Assembly (NCBI RefSeq): GCF_947568905.1 | Contig: NC_079164.1 | Span: forward strand, 53,444,001-53,508,000 | Source of the DNA: Ostrea edulis | Lineage: Eukaryota | Direction: 5' to 3' | DNA: 64,000 nt | Shown here: piece by piece, positions 10,997 through 24,302 of the stretch | Layout of the letters: each line of letters begins with the position of its first letter | Position numbering within the stretch: the first letter of the stretch is position 1 | Notes under the pieces: generated by a model | What the model was told of the DNA's origin: nothing | The model's database searches: none | What the model saw: the letters and a program-made list of their open reading frames with translations, nothing else | Program-made: the position numbers and the translations under genes

Positions 10997-13900
10997 TTAT
11001 TATTATTATTACATGTATTATTATTTTTCAACATTCTGTAAATTGTTCATGGTATATCTTCATAATATACACGTTATATAGAATTACAGAAGTGTTTATT
11101 TCTTTTAGAGAGAAAGAAAGAAAGAAGGAGAGAGAGCTATGAAAATATTTGGTTCCATAATATAACAATTATTTACAGTACTTCTTCTCAGAAACTGCAT
11201 AGCCAATTTTCACCAGCATAACTGTGAAACGTCTTTGGGTTAGGGGAATAAATATTATGAAATTAGTGATCCCTGTCCTTTTGGGACCCTGGAGGTAGAG
11301 CTCTACAAAGAATACAGTCTTGTAAATTATTTACTCCTTGGCATCTGGCATAAAAACTGGGTGCATGGTGATGCCGAGAATGAGAGTGTGGCCCCTTGGT
11401 TATCCGTTCTGGTCCAAGGGTTGGGTTACATTGGTCATTGAGTAAAAATAAGTAAATAAATGTTTATTCGGTATATACATACATACATATATACCAAGGA
11501 TAATCCATGAAAGCTCGAAAGCTTATTTCCAATGGGGTTCTTTGAAGCACTGATGTTTGTGCTAGGGGGTCATTTATAATGTGGGAGGAAACCGGAGGAA
11601 ACACACGTGTCCGAGCGGGCGACCACCATACCCTCTCACATACAACTCGGGTCGCAGTGGAGAGAAGCGAGAGCACTACCTCTGCGCTACCCGGACGGAG
11701 TGAAAATGGTTTGGTTTTATTTCCATTCAAATATGTGAAACACACTACAATATTAGGAGTTATATCCATAATTGTTACCCATGTTCGCCCGTCGCTGTCC
11801 TTCGCAAGTTTTGAAAAATTTTACTGCTCAGAATCTGTATAGCAAATTTTCACGAAAATTGCTGTAGGTGTATGGAAACAAAATTTAGAAATTTACCAAA
11901 ATTGTGAAATTCCTGAACTCTGGATCAAGGGTTCAGACTCCAGCGCGGGAAAATATAAATCATATAAAATACATTAAATATTTAGAAATTTTCTCTTATT
12001 CTTGACCATCCAGAAAATAGACTAGGTTCTTAGTTATATGAAGTTATCTACCGACATTGATTGTCGATCAGCCGTTCATTATTAGGGTGGGGCTATAAGA
12101 ATAATATAGTTAAAATAGAGTTGTATACATGTAAACAAATTCGACAAAGTTCAACAACCTGTAAATATTCAAAGCGTCATAGAAAATTAAAATTGTTGAG
12201 AATCAAAATCCTTGCACTATGCACATCTTCAAGTTGTTTACAAATACCCTAGCTTCTAATTGTGAGTGGAGTCATAAAGACAAACCATGTCCTTTATTTG
12301 ATATGATATTTCCTCAAAATGGACAACTTGTAATTTTCTTAAAATTTGAAGAAAATCAAAATCCTTGCCACATGCACGTCTTTCACACCCGTACCAATAC
12401 TCTGTAAAATAAGAAGGTCCTCACTTAAAAGCTGTGGAAGGAAAAATAAAAGACAAATCATATATTCTCTATGAAATATTCCCTCAAAACTTACTAAGTT
12501 CAACAACGGTAATTTTCTCAAAAATTGAAGACAATCAAAATCCTTGCCACATGCACATCTTCAATATCCATACAAACACTCTGTAAAACAAGATAGTCCT
12601 CACTTGAAAATTGTGGGAGGAGTTCGCCGGACAAATTATGTACCCTCCATATACCAATAATTTTCAAATAAAGGGGCAAAACTCCTACAAAAGAGGTCGA
12701 ATAGGTCAAAATTGCAACTAGATCTAGAGTGATCCACAAAGAAGCTACATAGCAAGTTTCAGCCTGATATGTGACAGAGAAATGATATTACAAACAGAAA
12801 ACCCCGAACGGACGGACGTACAGACGATCGTATAAAAACTGGATCTGTGGTGATGATGAGGATGAAGGCCTCTACCAAAATTCTAAAATTTATGTCCACA
12901 GGACCATGGGTTAAGACACAGGGGAAGGGCATCACGTAGGGGGGAAATGCATATTGTAGCGGGGGAAGTCGCTCTCTAGAGCCAGAAATCGGGGGGGGGG
13001 GGGGGGGGGGAGGGGTCTCACCGGCCAGGATGGGATCTATGGCTCAAAAGCGGAACATGCATTGCATCTTTAAACTACTCTATCCCTGCTTGTGACCGGA
13101 CAATGTGACATGACCCTGAACAAAGGTCGCTATTTAAAAAAGTTTATTTAATTTGTTTCCGAAACCTTTTCTGAATACTATATCATTTAATGATTATTTT
13201 CAAACAGAATGATTATGAAACTGAAAAAAGAGTGTCTGAGCCATAGCTGTCATTTAAAAATCTTCTGAAGAACCACTGGGCCCGTACAGTTGAAATATAC
13301 ATGAAAGCTTCCTGACATAGTGCAGATTCAAGTTTGTTCAAATCATGGCCCCTGGGGGGGTAGGATGGGGCCACAATAGGAAATCAAAGTTTTACATGCG
13401 AATATATAGGGAAAATCTTTAAAAATCATCTCAAGAACCACTGGGCCAGAAAGGTCAAGTCGTTTGCGTAATATTCTTCGTGCGGTCCCGCGTCAATTCA
13501 CGGTAGCTTAGGTCTTAGGGTGCTTGATTCACAACAGGGAGGTCCGAGGTAGATTCTCGATCCTGGCGGTCGTGTCAAACCCAAGACGACTAGTATAGGT
13601 ACACTTCCGGTAAGGCCCATTCCTTGAATGCCCGTCCCTAAGGCGATAAAAATGCAAAGCCGTAATTGGTGTGTAGACCGCGTTCCATTCATAGGAAGAT
13701 TATCATCTACATATCTACCTGTTCCGTGGTAACACGAGGTTGAAATTTTGTATCGTAAATATCTCCAATGCTCTAAAATTCGTCTCTCCTATGCAAATGT
13801 ATTATGATTTAATTATATCATTTATTGCTGATGGTACAAAATTATTCACGTTGTATGCAGATATTTGGAGAGTTTCTCAGATCGTAATTGTGATTAGACG

Positions 13901-14363
13901 CAATGTAATGCTCACGTATTTCATACAAATAATCAGGAGCGTAACCATTTCAGACTTTGTACAACAATTTCATTTTGTGATTTTCTCTTAAGGTATCTAA
14001 ATAAATGGTTCCTATCTCAATTCACCTGTTTATTCCTGCGTGAACTAAATAGCATTCCTGTTATTATCTTTGCAGCTTTTATTTGAATATCCTCCTAGGT
14101 TCTAACATCCATCCCAAACAACATCTTCATATCCAAGCAGTGGTCGAATGAATGAAAAGTATAATTTAACTAAAGATTCACAACATTTTTCTTCACCGCT
14201 CGCGGTGGTTCAGTGATTAGAGAGGTCATAGTTCAAAGCCCGCCTTTTGTGCGTCAAACCTTACTTAATATACCGGTAGTCAGTGACTGCTCTTAACGAG
14301 CATTTGGAAGTGGGAGTGTTTTGGATGAAACCTTAAAACCAAGCTTCCATGTCGCGGCAGGCG

Positions 14364-15350
14364 CATCGTCGCTAGCCACGGTTACTGAGTCCGGTAGTAC
14401 TTACCCTACCTCAAACCGTGGCTGCATGATCGGCGAAACCCTCGATTTTCATGAATATTTTTTAAATGACACCAATAATGTTTTTAACCAATAACAGTCA
14501 CAATAACAGATTAACGATATTTCAATGGCTGGCGCAGCAAATACAGCACCTAAAACGTGCAGTATTTCTTTACAAATAATAACGGACAAAAAAGGCTACA
14601 GATCGCTGTTTACAGAAGCAAGTAAAGTTTATAAGTAAATATTAAACGATATTCGCATTAACAGCAGTGGTTGCACTTGTAAATTCTGTGTTAATAAACT
14701 TGATCATCTTCTCAAACTTGATGAGGAAATTCGGAGTAAAGTGGATGTGTTGAAATCGGAAAGACTGAAGTTGATCGAACAATTATATAAAGAGAGCGAC
14801 GTGGTTACGCATATTATATGGTAAATTTATTACACCGGTGAAGTCAACAAAAAAACATCAATTAGTTACAACAGCTACAATGTAAAAAGTGTCCAGTTTG
14901 TTCTCAATCGGCAATCCTCGGATTATTCCGCTACGAGCACGCAATGACTTCCGAATGATTTTCTTTTCACCCCCCCCCCCCCCAAAAAATCATGGAAGCT
15001 CGCAGATTGGTTGACTAATGAACATAAATATTCATGAAGTCGAGGATTTCTGTAATCATACAGCCACGGCATTTGACGTAGTGTGAATGTAATCTCGCTT
15101 TCAAGAGATTCGACTCGGCTGAATATTTGGACTGACGCCTTCACCGAATCTCGGAGCAGTCCTTCATAATTCATGTCTGGAAATTTACTTTCAGCTTTCA
15201 CCGGTTCTAGCAATTAATGTGCACTTAGGTGACACTGCTGTTCGCTTCAAATCAGTAAGTTGACTATCAAACAAAATCTGCTGTATTACTTACCGTACAA
15301 ATGTTTGTAGAGAAGCGGAGCGGATCGTAAACCCTTGGCTAGCGAAGATG
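14364..15350. mobile_element. Second AcademH-like non-autonomous element (degenerate)
   Basis: Ends CATCGTCGCTAGCCACGG and CCCTTGGCTAGCGAAGATG resemble the CATCTTC termini of the 4702 element. The + strand from ~14525 reads MAGAANTAPKTCSISLQIITDKKGYRSLF...CTCKFCVNKLDHLLKLDEEIRSK (C4-finger-like). No TSD is recognisable. Confidence 0.5.
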
Positions 15351-16065
15351 TATAAGTATGTAAATTCCATAAAATAAACCATCACTAATTTTTCCGTTCA
15401 AATGAAGACTTCTCTGGTGCAATATTTTATCTCCCAAAATTGAAGAGTTCCTATAGTTTGTATTTTAAGTTAGCGAAATGCAAGTAGGTGTGTAGAGATA
15501 CAATGTATCAGGAACTACATAAAGCAGACTATAGGAACTCTTCAATTCCAGGAGATAAAATATTGTGCCATGGAAGTCTTCATTTGAACGAAAAATTTAG
15601 TGCCTATTTTCATTTTGAGATTTTTATACCTAGACGGTAGACAATACAAAATTAATAGTGATAGAAAGTTAATTTGATAGTCAAATCACTTATTTGAAGC
15701 GAACAGCACTGTCGCCTAAGTGCACATTAATTGCTAGAACTGGCCGAATCTCAACCAAGATTAGTGTGAATGGAGACAATAAGCATGGCTTGCGACGATG
15801 CAGCAGGCGTTGCCAAGACGAAGTACTCTCACAACTATGTTCCTGGGTGCCATGCATAGGTCTAACTATGTGGAACTTCACCCACCTACAGCTTGTCGAG
15901 TCCTTCTAATCAAATCTTTCATGAACGAACGCGAATAGACAAATACACAGGCTAAAGACAATCAGTCACTTCCTTCGGTCACGGGAACATAGATATTCCT
16001 GTTAGCGTCGTATAAAACAAATTTTACTATAACGATCTAACATGCTGTTTCTATATATATTGCAG

Positions 16066-16221
16066 AAATACAGTATTCTTTACGTGTATGGTCGCAAACA
16101 TTATCAACACTAGCTCTCATCTCCTCAGTAGTGTCTGCAGTTTCCTGTATCCCAGTCCTCTGCAAAAGTAGACGAGTTATGCGCATCCATCTAGTGATAG
16201 TAGTTTGTTCAATTATTTCAT
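16066..16221 (+). CDS. Claudin/PMP22-superfamily protein, coding exon 2 (TM2 and start of TM3); not in the ORF track
   Basis: Acceptor TATTGCAG|AA and donor TCAT|GTAAGT. 156 nt, phase 1/1, open: EIQYSLRVWSQTLSTLALISSVVSAVSCIPVLCKSRRVMRIHLVIVVCSIIS. It joins exons 1 and 3 in frame. Confidence 0.85.
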
Positions 16222-17760
16222 GTAAGTATTTGCAGTTTCTAAGTTTGTGGAAAGAGAGAGGGGTGTTGTATGTGCATTCTCACTTTTATTTGCTGTAAAC
16301 AAACTTTTATACGCGTGCGAGAAATATCAGCGGCATTTATCCGTCGTTATTTTCAAAATCAATCTGCATCAACATAATATAAGCATGCGATCAATCTGCA
16401 TCAACATAATATAAACATGCCAAATTATTTTCCAAAATCTTTTTTTAACCTTATTAAGATATTCTAGCATCGTAAAGAAAACCAACTGTAAATAAATCTG
16501 TGATCTACCCCTACTTCAAGGGTAAATTCCGACCACTTGGGAATAAGGTGGCAGGGGACAGTGTTTTTGGTTCTGAAACATGTGTGTAGGGGTACATGAA
16601 TATATTAAGGTCAGATTATGACAGACAAATAAAAAAAATCATATTACCCTACTTGTATTTCATATTGGTGTAATTGATAAATTATTACCTTAAATTACAT
16701 GCAATCCATACATACTTGTGTTGGTGCACAAAACATGCTCAGAGCAGGTGCCCCTTTCTCGCTTTGATTTTCTCTCATTTGGGCTAAATCCGCACCACCC
16801 AAACCCCATCAGAGTACCGTGCGAGAAGATTTAGACGCTGTGCACTATCTGAAGAACTCGGTCTGCCCTTCTTAAAGATATACCTTTCATCTGGGGCCAC
16901 CCACCTTCCCTCTCAGCTACAGACCTTCTGCTGGACCACACATGTTTTCACCTGAATTTCTTCAGCAACTGACCATGTGTCTTAGTTTCGTATTTGCATC
17001 CATCTATATCCTAGGAATCATGGTGACACCTACATGTTGCATATCAACATTTTCATTAAGCACTCGGCTACACTGGACATGCATCCTAAAATTATTTTAC
17101 ACATTTTGGCACAATCGCTTCAAATTCCTAAAATTATTTTACGCATTTTTACACAATTGCCTCAAATATGGGGTATTTCCATTTTTTAAGAAAGTTGTCT
17201 ATAATGCAAAACTACCCCCTGCTACCTAAACAATCTCGAAGAAAATTAAACCAACCACTGATAAAGTCTACCTATATTTAATTTGATAACCCCCCCCCCC
17301 CCCCACTAGCACTGCAATAGTTTATTCAATAGGTTATGTCGCGTCGTTTTTGATGAATATCAATACGCAACATACATTACATAACAAGAAACCAAAAATG
17401 CATAGATCACATAATTCCAGATTATCCAAGTCACATCCCCCTACATTGTGAAAACATTTAACCAGGTCAATTCATGTGCCGTAATATATATTAACAGTGA
17501 CATCTTGATCGACATAAAAGCACGGGGATCATTGTGCTAACATACAAAACAACATATACATATTGTCTTAAAGTTATGTAATCTCTTAGACGTTTGGGCG
17601 GTCCAACATTTCTTGGGTTTGTCGGGTTGGTGTGGTAGAACATTTCTTGGGTTTGTCGGGTTGGTGTGGTAGGTTTGGTCGGAACATGAACTGTCATGCT
17701 GAAAACTCTTCCCGCTCCTGAGAATGACTAGCAGCTACTCTTGAAGACTTCTGTTCCATA

Positions 17761-18092
17761 CCTCTGTACTAGATTGACCTCGGTACTAACCTCTGGACTA
17801 GATTGACCTCGGTACTAACCTCTGGACTAGATTGACCTCGGTGCTAACTTCTGGACTAGATTGACCTCGGTACTAACCCCTGGACTAGATTGACCTCGGT
17901 ACTAACTTCTGGACTAGATTGACCTCGGGACTAACTTCTGGACTAGATTGACCTCGGGACTAACTTCTGGACTAGATTGACCTCGGGACTAACTTCTGGA
18001 CTAGATTGACATCGGGACTAACTTCTGGACTAGATTGACCTCGGGACTAACTTCTGGACTAAATTGACCTCGGGACTAACTTCTGGACTAGA
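17761..18092. repeat. 29-bp tandem repeat (CTGGACTAGATTGACCTCGGGACTAACTT), ~11 copies, in the Gypsy post-integrase region
   Basis: Period of 29 read directly (e.g. 17941 and 17970). Confidence 0.92.
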
Positions 18093-18680
18093 CGGATTAG
18101 TACCAACACTTGGAGTTGTTGCCTGTGTTGAAATTACTGGGTACAACTTGCTTATTCCTTAGTAAAGAATCCTGAATCTGATCTACATGTCTTCACCTGG
18201 TGTTATCCCTAACTTGTAATCGATAAGAAACTGGTCTCGTCTGTTTCCTAACAGTTCCAGGTACCCAGTCTGACTTAGAACTGTGACAATACTCCTGCAC
18301 AATCACACTCTGTTCGGGTTCAAATACATGCACTGAACTTGACTTCTGTGCTGACATCTGAAACTGTTTATTTTTAGCATATTGTTCAATGTTTGGCCTT
18401 ATCATATCTAGTCGTGATTGCAAAGAACGGCCCAATTGAATGTGCTACGTTGCGATATGCAAGTAAACAGTTCGATAACTTGGTTCCCATGGAAACCCCA
18501 TTCTTCCATTCTTCTTGCTTGACTTCATAGTAGATTGAAAGATTGCACAAACCGTTCTACTAGTCCGTTTGAACATGGGACTGATGTTACATGTTTTATT
18601 CCATCGGTACAAACAAAGGTTACAAGTTCATCTGAAGTTAACGGAGGTCCGTTATCACTGATCAACACTGTAGGAACACC

Positions 18681-19181
18681 ATTCCTATCTCAATAGTCTT
18701 ATGGATGTCGTCTCGTGCATTCCTATCTCAATAGTCTTATGGATGTCGTCTCGTGCATTCCTATCTCAATAGTCTTATGGATGTCGTCTCGTGCATTCCT
18801 ATCTCAATAGTCTTATGGATGTCGTCTCGTGCATTCCTATTTCAATAGTCTTATGGGATGTCGTCTCGTGCATTCCTATCTCAATAGTCTTATGGATGTC
18901 GTCTCGTGCATTCCTATCTCAATAGTCTTATGGGATGTCGTCTCGTGCATTCCTGTCTCAATAGTCTTATGGGATGTCGTCTCGTGCATTCCTATCTCAA
19001 TAGTGTTATGGATGTCGTCTCGTGCATTCCTATCTCAATAGTCTTATTGGATGTCATCTCGTGCATTCCTATCTCAATAGTCTTATGGATGTCGTCTCGT
19101 GCATTCCTATCTCAATAGTCTTATTGATGTCGTCTCGTGCATTCCTATCTCAATAGTCTTATTGGATGTCGTCTCGTGCAT
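18681..19181. repeat. ~38-bp tandem repeat (ATTCCTATCTCAATAGTCTTATGGATGTCGTCTCGTGC), ~13 copies, inside the Gypsy integrase
   Basis: The unit's reverse complement continues the integrase text EVIIMHETTSNKTIEI and is followed by GVPTVLISDNG. Confidence 0.92.
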
Positions 19182-19214
19182 GATTATGACCTCAGCTATT
19201 TGCAGTGTGCATGA

Positions 19215-19500
19215 ACAAATGAAGATAACGAATAGTGATTACTCTCATAAATCCTACAAAAGATACAAAATTAATAGAAGAACAAACACGGACCCCTGGA
19301 CATGCCAGAGTTCGGATCAGGTGCCTAGGAGGAGTAAGTATCCCCTGTTGACCGTTTACACCTGCCGGGAGCCTTATATCTTGATCAGGTAAACGAAGTA
19401 ATCCGTATTCAAAATCAGTAGGTAAAGAACGGCCTAACAATCGGTTTGAAATACGTCAGACAGCATTCGACCCAGTGATAGCTTCCATAGCTATATGAAG
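19215..19500 (-). mobile_element. 3' fragment of a Penelope-like retroelement family inserted in the Gypsy relic
   Basis: Shares the GAAGATAACGAA...AAACACGGACCCCTGG...GGATCAGGTGCCTAGGAGGAGTAAG...AAAATCAGT block with the copies at 42725, 45000, 45980 and 46440. Confidence 0.65.
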
Positions 19501-21817
19501 AACATCGAGTTCCTAAACGCCCCAGCGAAGTCGACGTGAATACGTTGCAATGGCATGATGGGCCATTCCTAGAGATGACAGAGCTGCTGGAGACGAATGC
19601 TTGAATTCCTGACATCCTGACCATGCATTTGTGATCTTCTCAATATCATATCACGCCACAATGCCTTGATGTTCACTACTCCGATGTGAAAGGAAGTTCT
19701 TTCAGTATGTGATCCCTTAGCTTGGAACAGTAACTCTCATTCATCCATTGTGGGCTGTAAGCTCGTCTCTACGAGTAAAGTCGGGGTACAGCTCTTTATT
19801 ATCTGACTTCACTGAAAAGTTCCATTCATTCATGTATAGTCATACACTGTATACCTTCACAGCGACAGGGTTTCGCCTAGTACTTGTAATAGGTAATGCC
19901 TCGAATTGAGGTAGATGCATCAAATCAATATCACAATAGTCATTGTCATGTTCGCAATCAGATAGTGGTAACCTCGGCAGACTATCTGCATTACCGTGTG
20001 CCTTGATCTATTTGATTGTCATCAAAAGACAAAAACAAGTCATATACATGTATCTGCATGTGTGACGCCGTGGTTCCTGATACAACTTTGCGGGTATTGA
20101 AAATTGATAGGAGAGAGCAATGGTCGGTCAAGAGGATGAAGTGTCTCCCATATAGATACCCACTATCCATGACACGGGATAGAACATCTCCTAAACCATA
20201 AGATGAGGCATCACATACTAAGCGCACATTTGGCTGTGGGTTGTAATGTGTCAAAATATCGTCAGATACGATCAATTGTTTTATTTCAGAAAATGTCTCA
20301 TCACAGTCGCGAGACCAGGCTCATTTTTTTGGACTTTGGATAGTAGCTGCTTTAAAGGGTTCAAAAACTGGAGAGGTTAAGTAAAAATTTGCATGATCAA
20401 CACTCCCCAAAAATGACCGCAGCTCGGGGCAAAGGATAGCGGTGAACCTCGAGAGTAACCATGAATTGCATTAGAAAATTCGAATATAACGCATATCTTT
20501 CAAATCGTAAGAGGTACTGCGTTTTTGTTTGGCATGTGCATTTCTTGTGAGAAATCATTTCCAGCGGTAACAGATTTGTTGACCTTGTGAACTTGACATT
20601 GACCATTGATCTAGTTTCTGGAAATTAATAAAAAAAACAAAAAACTACAACGTCTTATAGTTCCACTTTGTTGTAATCCTGGAGCCAATTAGTGTTAAAC
20701 AAACACGTCTTGTTTCTTTGTATTATTACTTTATTTATTAAGAATTCTGTTTAAGAGCGGGATTGATATAAGACCCTAATCCCTATCTCCCTATTATATA
20801 TATATAATTTATATATCTGTACTTCATTGTTTACTTGTGATAATTATAATAAAAAGATATTGTTTAAACTAAACCAAGATTACTCATTGTAAAGGAGATC
20901 GAGATGATTATTTTAAATAGCATGAGGATGTTAGTTTTACAAAAAATCACGAATTTCGTAATATAGATGACTACCTGTATATCGAACGAAGATGACAAAT
21001 CGAGGTTAACTCAACATTCTTGTTCAGAGAGGGGGGATTTGCGTGTATAAAGTTTTGTATTCAAAAATCGGGTTTACGGGAAGTATAAAATTACATGTCT
21101 ACAATGTAACAAGACAAAAAAGGCAACGAACGTAAAATCTAACATTTTATTCAATTATGTGTACCTCTAAAATGTACACCTTACAACGAATAAATTGATA
21201 TGCAATATGAATTGGATTTTTTCTTCTTCTTTTTTTTCTTCTTTTTTGTTTTTTTTTGTTTTTTACTCACCTGAATTATAAAAGACAAAACTTATGTGAA
21301 AGATTCCTTAATGAGTGGAGATTCAAAATTGTGCAAACCATGGCTCCAGGGGGTAGGTTTGGGCCACAATGGGGGAGGGGTGAAAGTTTTACACGGGGAT
21401 GTATGGGAAAATATTCTTCTCAAGAAGAGCCTTAATTTAGTCATATCAAGATGCAACCATCCCAAGGTAATGTAGATTTAGGTTTTAATTCATGACCATA
21501 GGGGTCAAGGTTGGTAGCGTAGGGCTACAAAATGGAATCAAAGTTTTACATGGGAATACATAGGTAAAAACTTTTGAAATCTTCTCAATAATAACAAGGC
21601 CATGATTAGTCCTATTGATATACAAGCATTCGATCAGTGTAGTGCAGATTCATATTTGACAAAATAATGGCTAGGGTCTAGGGTGGGACTAAAATAGGGA
21701 TTCAAAGTTTTACATGAGAATATATGTAGGAATTTTTTTTAAAACTTCTTTTCAATAGTACCAGAATCTTTGGGGTTAAGATGGGTCTAAATCGGGTATC
21801 AAATTTTACATGATATA

Positions 21818-21870
<53 letters not shown>

Positions 21871-22060
21871 TTTTTAAAACAAAACAGCAAGGCTAGGTTA
21901 GTAATATTGATATTGAAGCATCCTGTGGATTAAAGTTCGAATAAGTCGTGACCCCAATGGGCTGAAGGGTCATAATACGGAAGCAAACTTTTTTGTTTGA
22001 ATAAACAGGGTATAAAATCTTTTAAAATACCTTCTGATGAAGAACAATAGGACTAAGGTG

Positions 22061-22599
22061 ACCCATGTGCGCGTTGTTACCCATGTGCGTGTTGTTACCC
22101 ATGTGCGTGTTGTTACATGTGCGTGTTGTTACCCATGTGCGTGTTGTTACATGTGCGTGTTGTTACCCATGTGCGTGTTGTTACCCATGTGCGTGTTGTT
22201 ACCCATGTGCGTGTTGTTACCCGTGCGTGTTGTTACCCATGTGCGTGTTGTTACCCGTGCGTATTGTTACCCATGTGCGTGTTGTTACCTGTGCGTGTTG
22301 TTACCCATGTGCGTGTTGTTACCTGTGCGTATTGTTACCCCCGTGCGTGTTGTTACCCGTGCGTGTTGTTACCCATGTGCGTGTTGTTACCCATGTGCGT
22401 GTTGTTACATGTGCGTGTTGTTACCCATGTGCGTGTTGTTACATGTGCGTGTTGTTACATGTGCGTGTTGTTACATGTGCGTGTTGTTACCCATGTGCGT
22501 GTTGTTACCCGTGCGTGTTGTTACCCATGTGCGTGTTGTTACCCGTGCGTGTTGTTACCCATGTGCGTGTTGTTACCCATGTGCGTGTTGTTACCCATG
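22061..22599. repeat. 18-bp tandem repeat (GTGCGTGTTGTTACCCAT) with 16/17-bp variants, ~30 copies, at the 3' end of a HINE-like element
   Basis: Direct reading. The array ends in CCCATGGGTCTCTTGTT, matching the HINE 3' terminus CCCATGGGCCTCTTGTT. Confidence 0.92.
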
Positions 22600-23748
22600 G
22601 GTCTCTTGTTTGTTTTATAAGAGCATCAATTTATTCAATTTTATCGAGACTTATTTTTTGTTCAGACCTAAGCGATTAATATTTTATTTCTAAAATTTCA
22701 AGAATTAATAAAATAAAATGTATTTTTAAAAAAAGAAAGGAAAAGACAGGGCCTGTCTTATGAATTAAAGGAATTGACCTTGGAAACCAATAAATGATAT
22801 GCAATGTGAAATAATGTCAGTATTTAAATAATGGGAGAGAGAGAGAGAGGTGCCATGGTGTTTGGATTTACCGGGTTGCAATAAATTAATAAAATAAATT
22901 CATAAATTTACAGTATGACAAAAATTACTGCCACCTAATTCAGTAAATGAAGAGGTTCAATCTGGCCACTTTTCGGGTGGTGTTTACAAAGAGGTCATAT
23001 AGCCTTGAATGGGCAACTGTGCGACCTCGTAAAACCTGTGTAATTCAAATCCAGAGCACATGGATAGATGGGAAGTTTAAACCCATAGTATTTACAACAC
23101 AAAGAGATGAATAAAACCAAGAATAAAAATAACATCTTATGAAACATTGACCACTAAAGGGTACTTCCAAAGAATAAAACGATCTGATGTGTGTGTACGT
23201 GAACGTACAGGATTTTTACGTCAACTTGTTAAGTCCTTGACAACGGTTCATGCAAAAACAACACTTTCTTGTGTTTGTATCAGTATGTCACCACAGAATG
23301 TAGAATTTCATGTAATTTGATAGGTTTTTACATCAGTATCTACTTTTTGAAATGGTGCAAACTTTCAGATGAATTCAAATTTCATTTGCCATACCTACTA
23401 TGTAATTCAAGTGCATAGATAAGATGTGGTCATATTTCATTTCGACTTTGACTTAGTTTAAAATCATTATAAGGAATTTCTGTGCAAAATGTAAAGATTT
23501 TGTTATCAAATATTGAAAAATATCATTTCGTATGAAATATCTCGATAAATTCTTTTTGTATGACTATCACTTGAGGCCATCTTCTCAGATTCTCAGAGAC
23601 GCTAACACTGCAGAACGGGCAAAAACAAACATACAAACAATTCAGAAACGAAGTAGAAAATGCATAGGTAGTGCAATAATAATAATAATTTGCGAAATGA
23701 TTGGCAATTGATTAATGTCAATGTTTTAGTATTGCTTTTCTTTTACAG

Positions 23749-24302
23749 TTTGTCTGTTAATGGCAGTTGTTTTCAACTGGACATCGGAAGTATCTGCAAA
23801 TGCAAAACTGAAATTAGATCCAAATAGAACATTTTCCTTTCCATGGTCGCTTCTTCTTGCCGGCTTGGGTGGATGTGGTAACCTGACGCTGGGTATAATT
23901 CATTTCGTGCTCCTATTCCGTTCTCTGGAGCCGTCAGTTTCTGTGCGCAATGACACCTTTCAACCAAACGCTTACATACAGCTGACTACTCAGACATCAG
24001 TGACGTCACAAATTACAAATGGGTCTGTGAGACATGGCTCACATAACGGAAACCATTTAACAATTGAAAAAGAAATAGCTGAAGAGAATTTCGAGGAAAA
24101 TTTAGAAGAGAATGAACAGGCTGTCCAATTGATGGAGAACCAGCTTGACTTGAAAGTAGAGAAATCGAACGTCGACGTAGATAAAGAAATAGCTGAAGAG
24201 AATTTCGAGGAAAATTTAGAAGAGAATGAACAGGCTGTCCGATTAATGGATAACCAGATTGACTTGAAATTTAAAAACTCGAACGTCGACGTAGATTTTT
24301 AG
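23749..24302 (+). CDS. Claudin/PMP22-superfamily protein, last coding exon (TM3 end, TM4, acidic duplicated tail)
   Basis: Acceptor TTTTCTTTTACAG|TT, phase 1. Reads FCLLMAVVFNW...FSFPWSLLLAGLGGCGNLTLGIIHFVLLF, with TAG at 24300-24302. The full CDS is 301+156+554 nt = 336 aa. Confidence 0.85.

Larger units (their letters stand above)
17337..20610 (-). mobile_element. Heavily deleted Ty3/Gypsy LTR retrotransposon relic, antisense in intron 2 of the tetraspan gene
   Basis: Minus strand shows an RT start (HRYPLPR), RNase H (ILTHYNPQPNVRLVCDASSYGLG...YLYGRHFILLTDH), integrase (GVPTVLISDNGPPLTSDE; SNGLVERFVQS; RLDMIRP...WVPGTV...PVSY) and the end motif PPKRLRDYIT. Possible PPT TAGGGGGA plus a TG..CA short LTR at 17435-17337. 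Confidence 0.85.

Noticed and set aside
22037-22693. Cys-rich ORFs (CACCYP repeats)
   Set aside because: Artefact of the 18-bp repeat derived from a HINE terminus.
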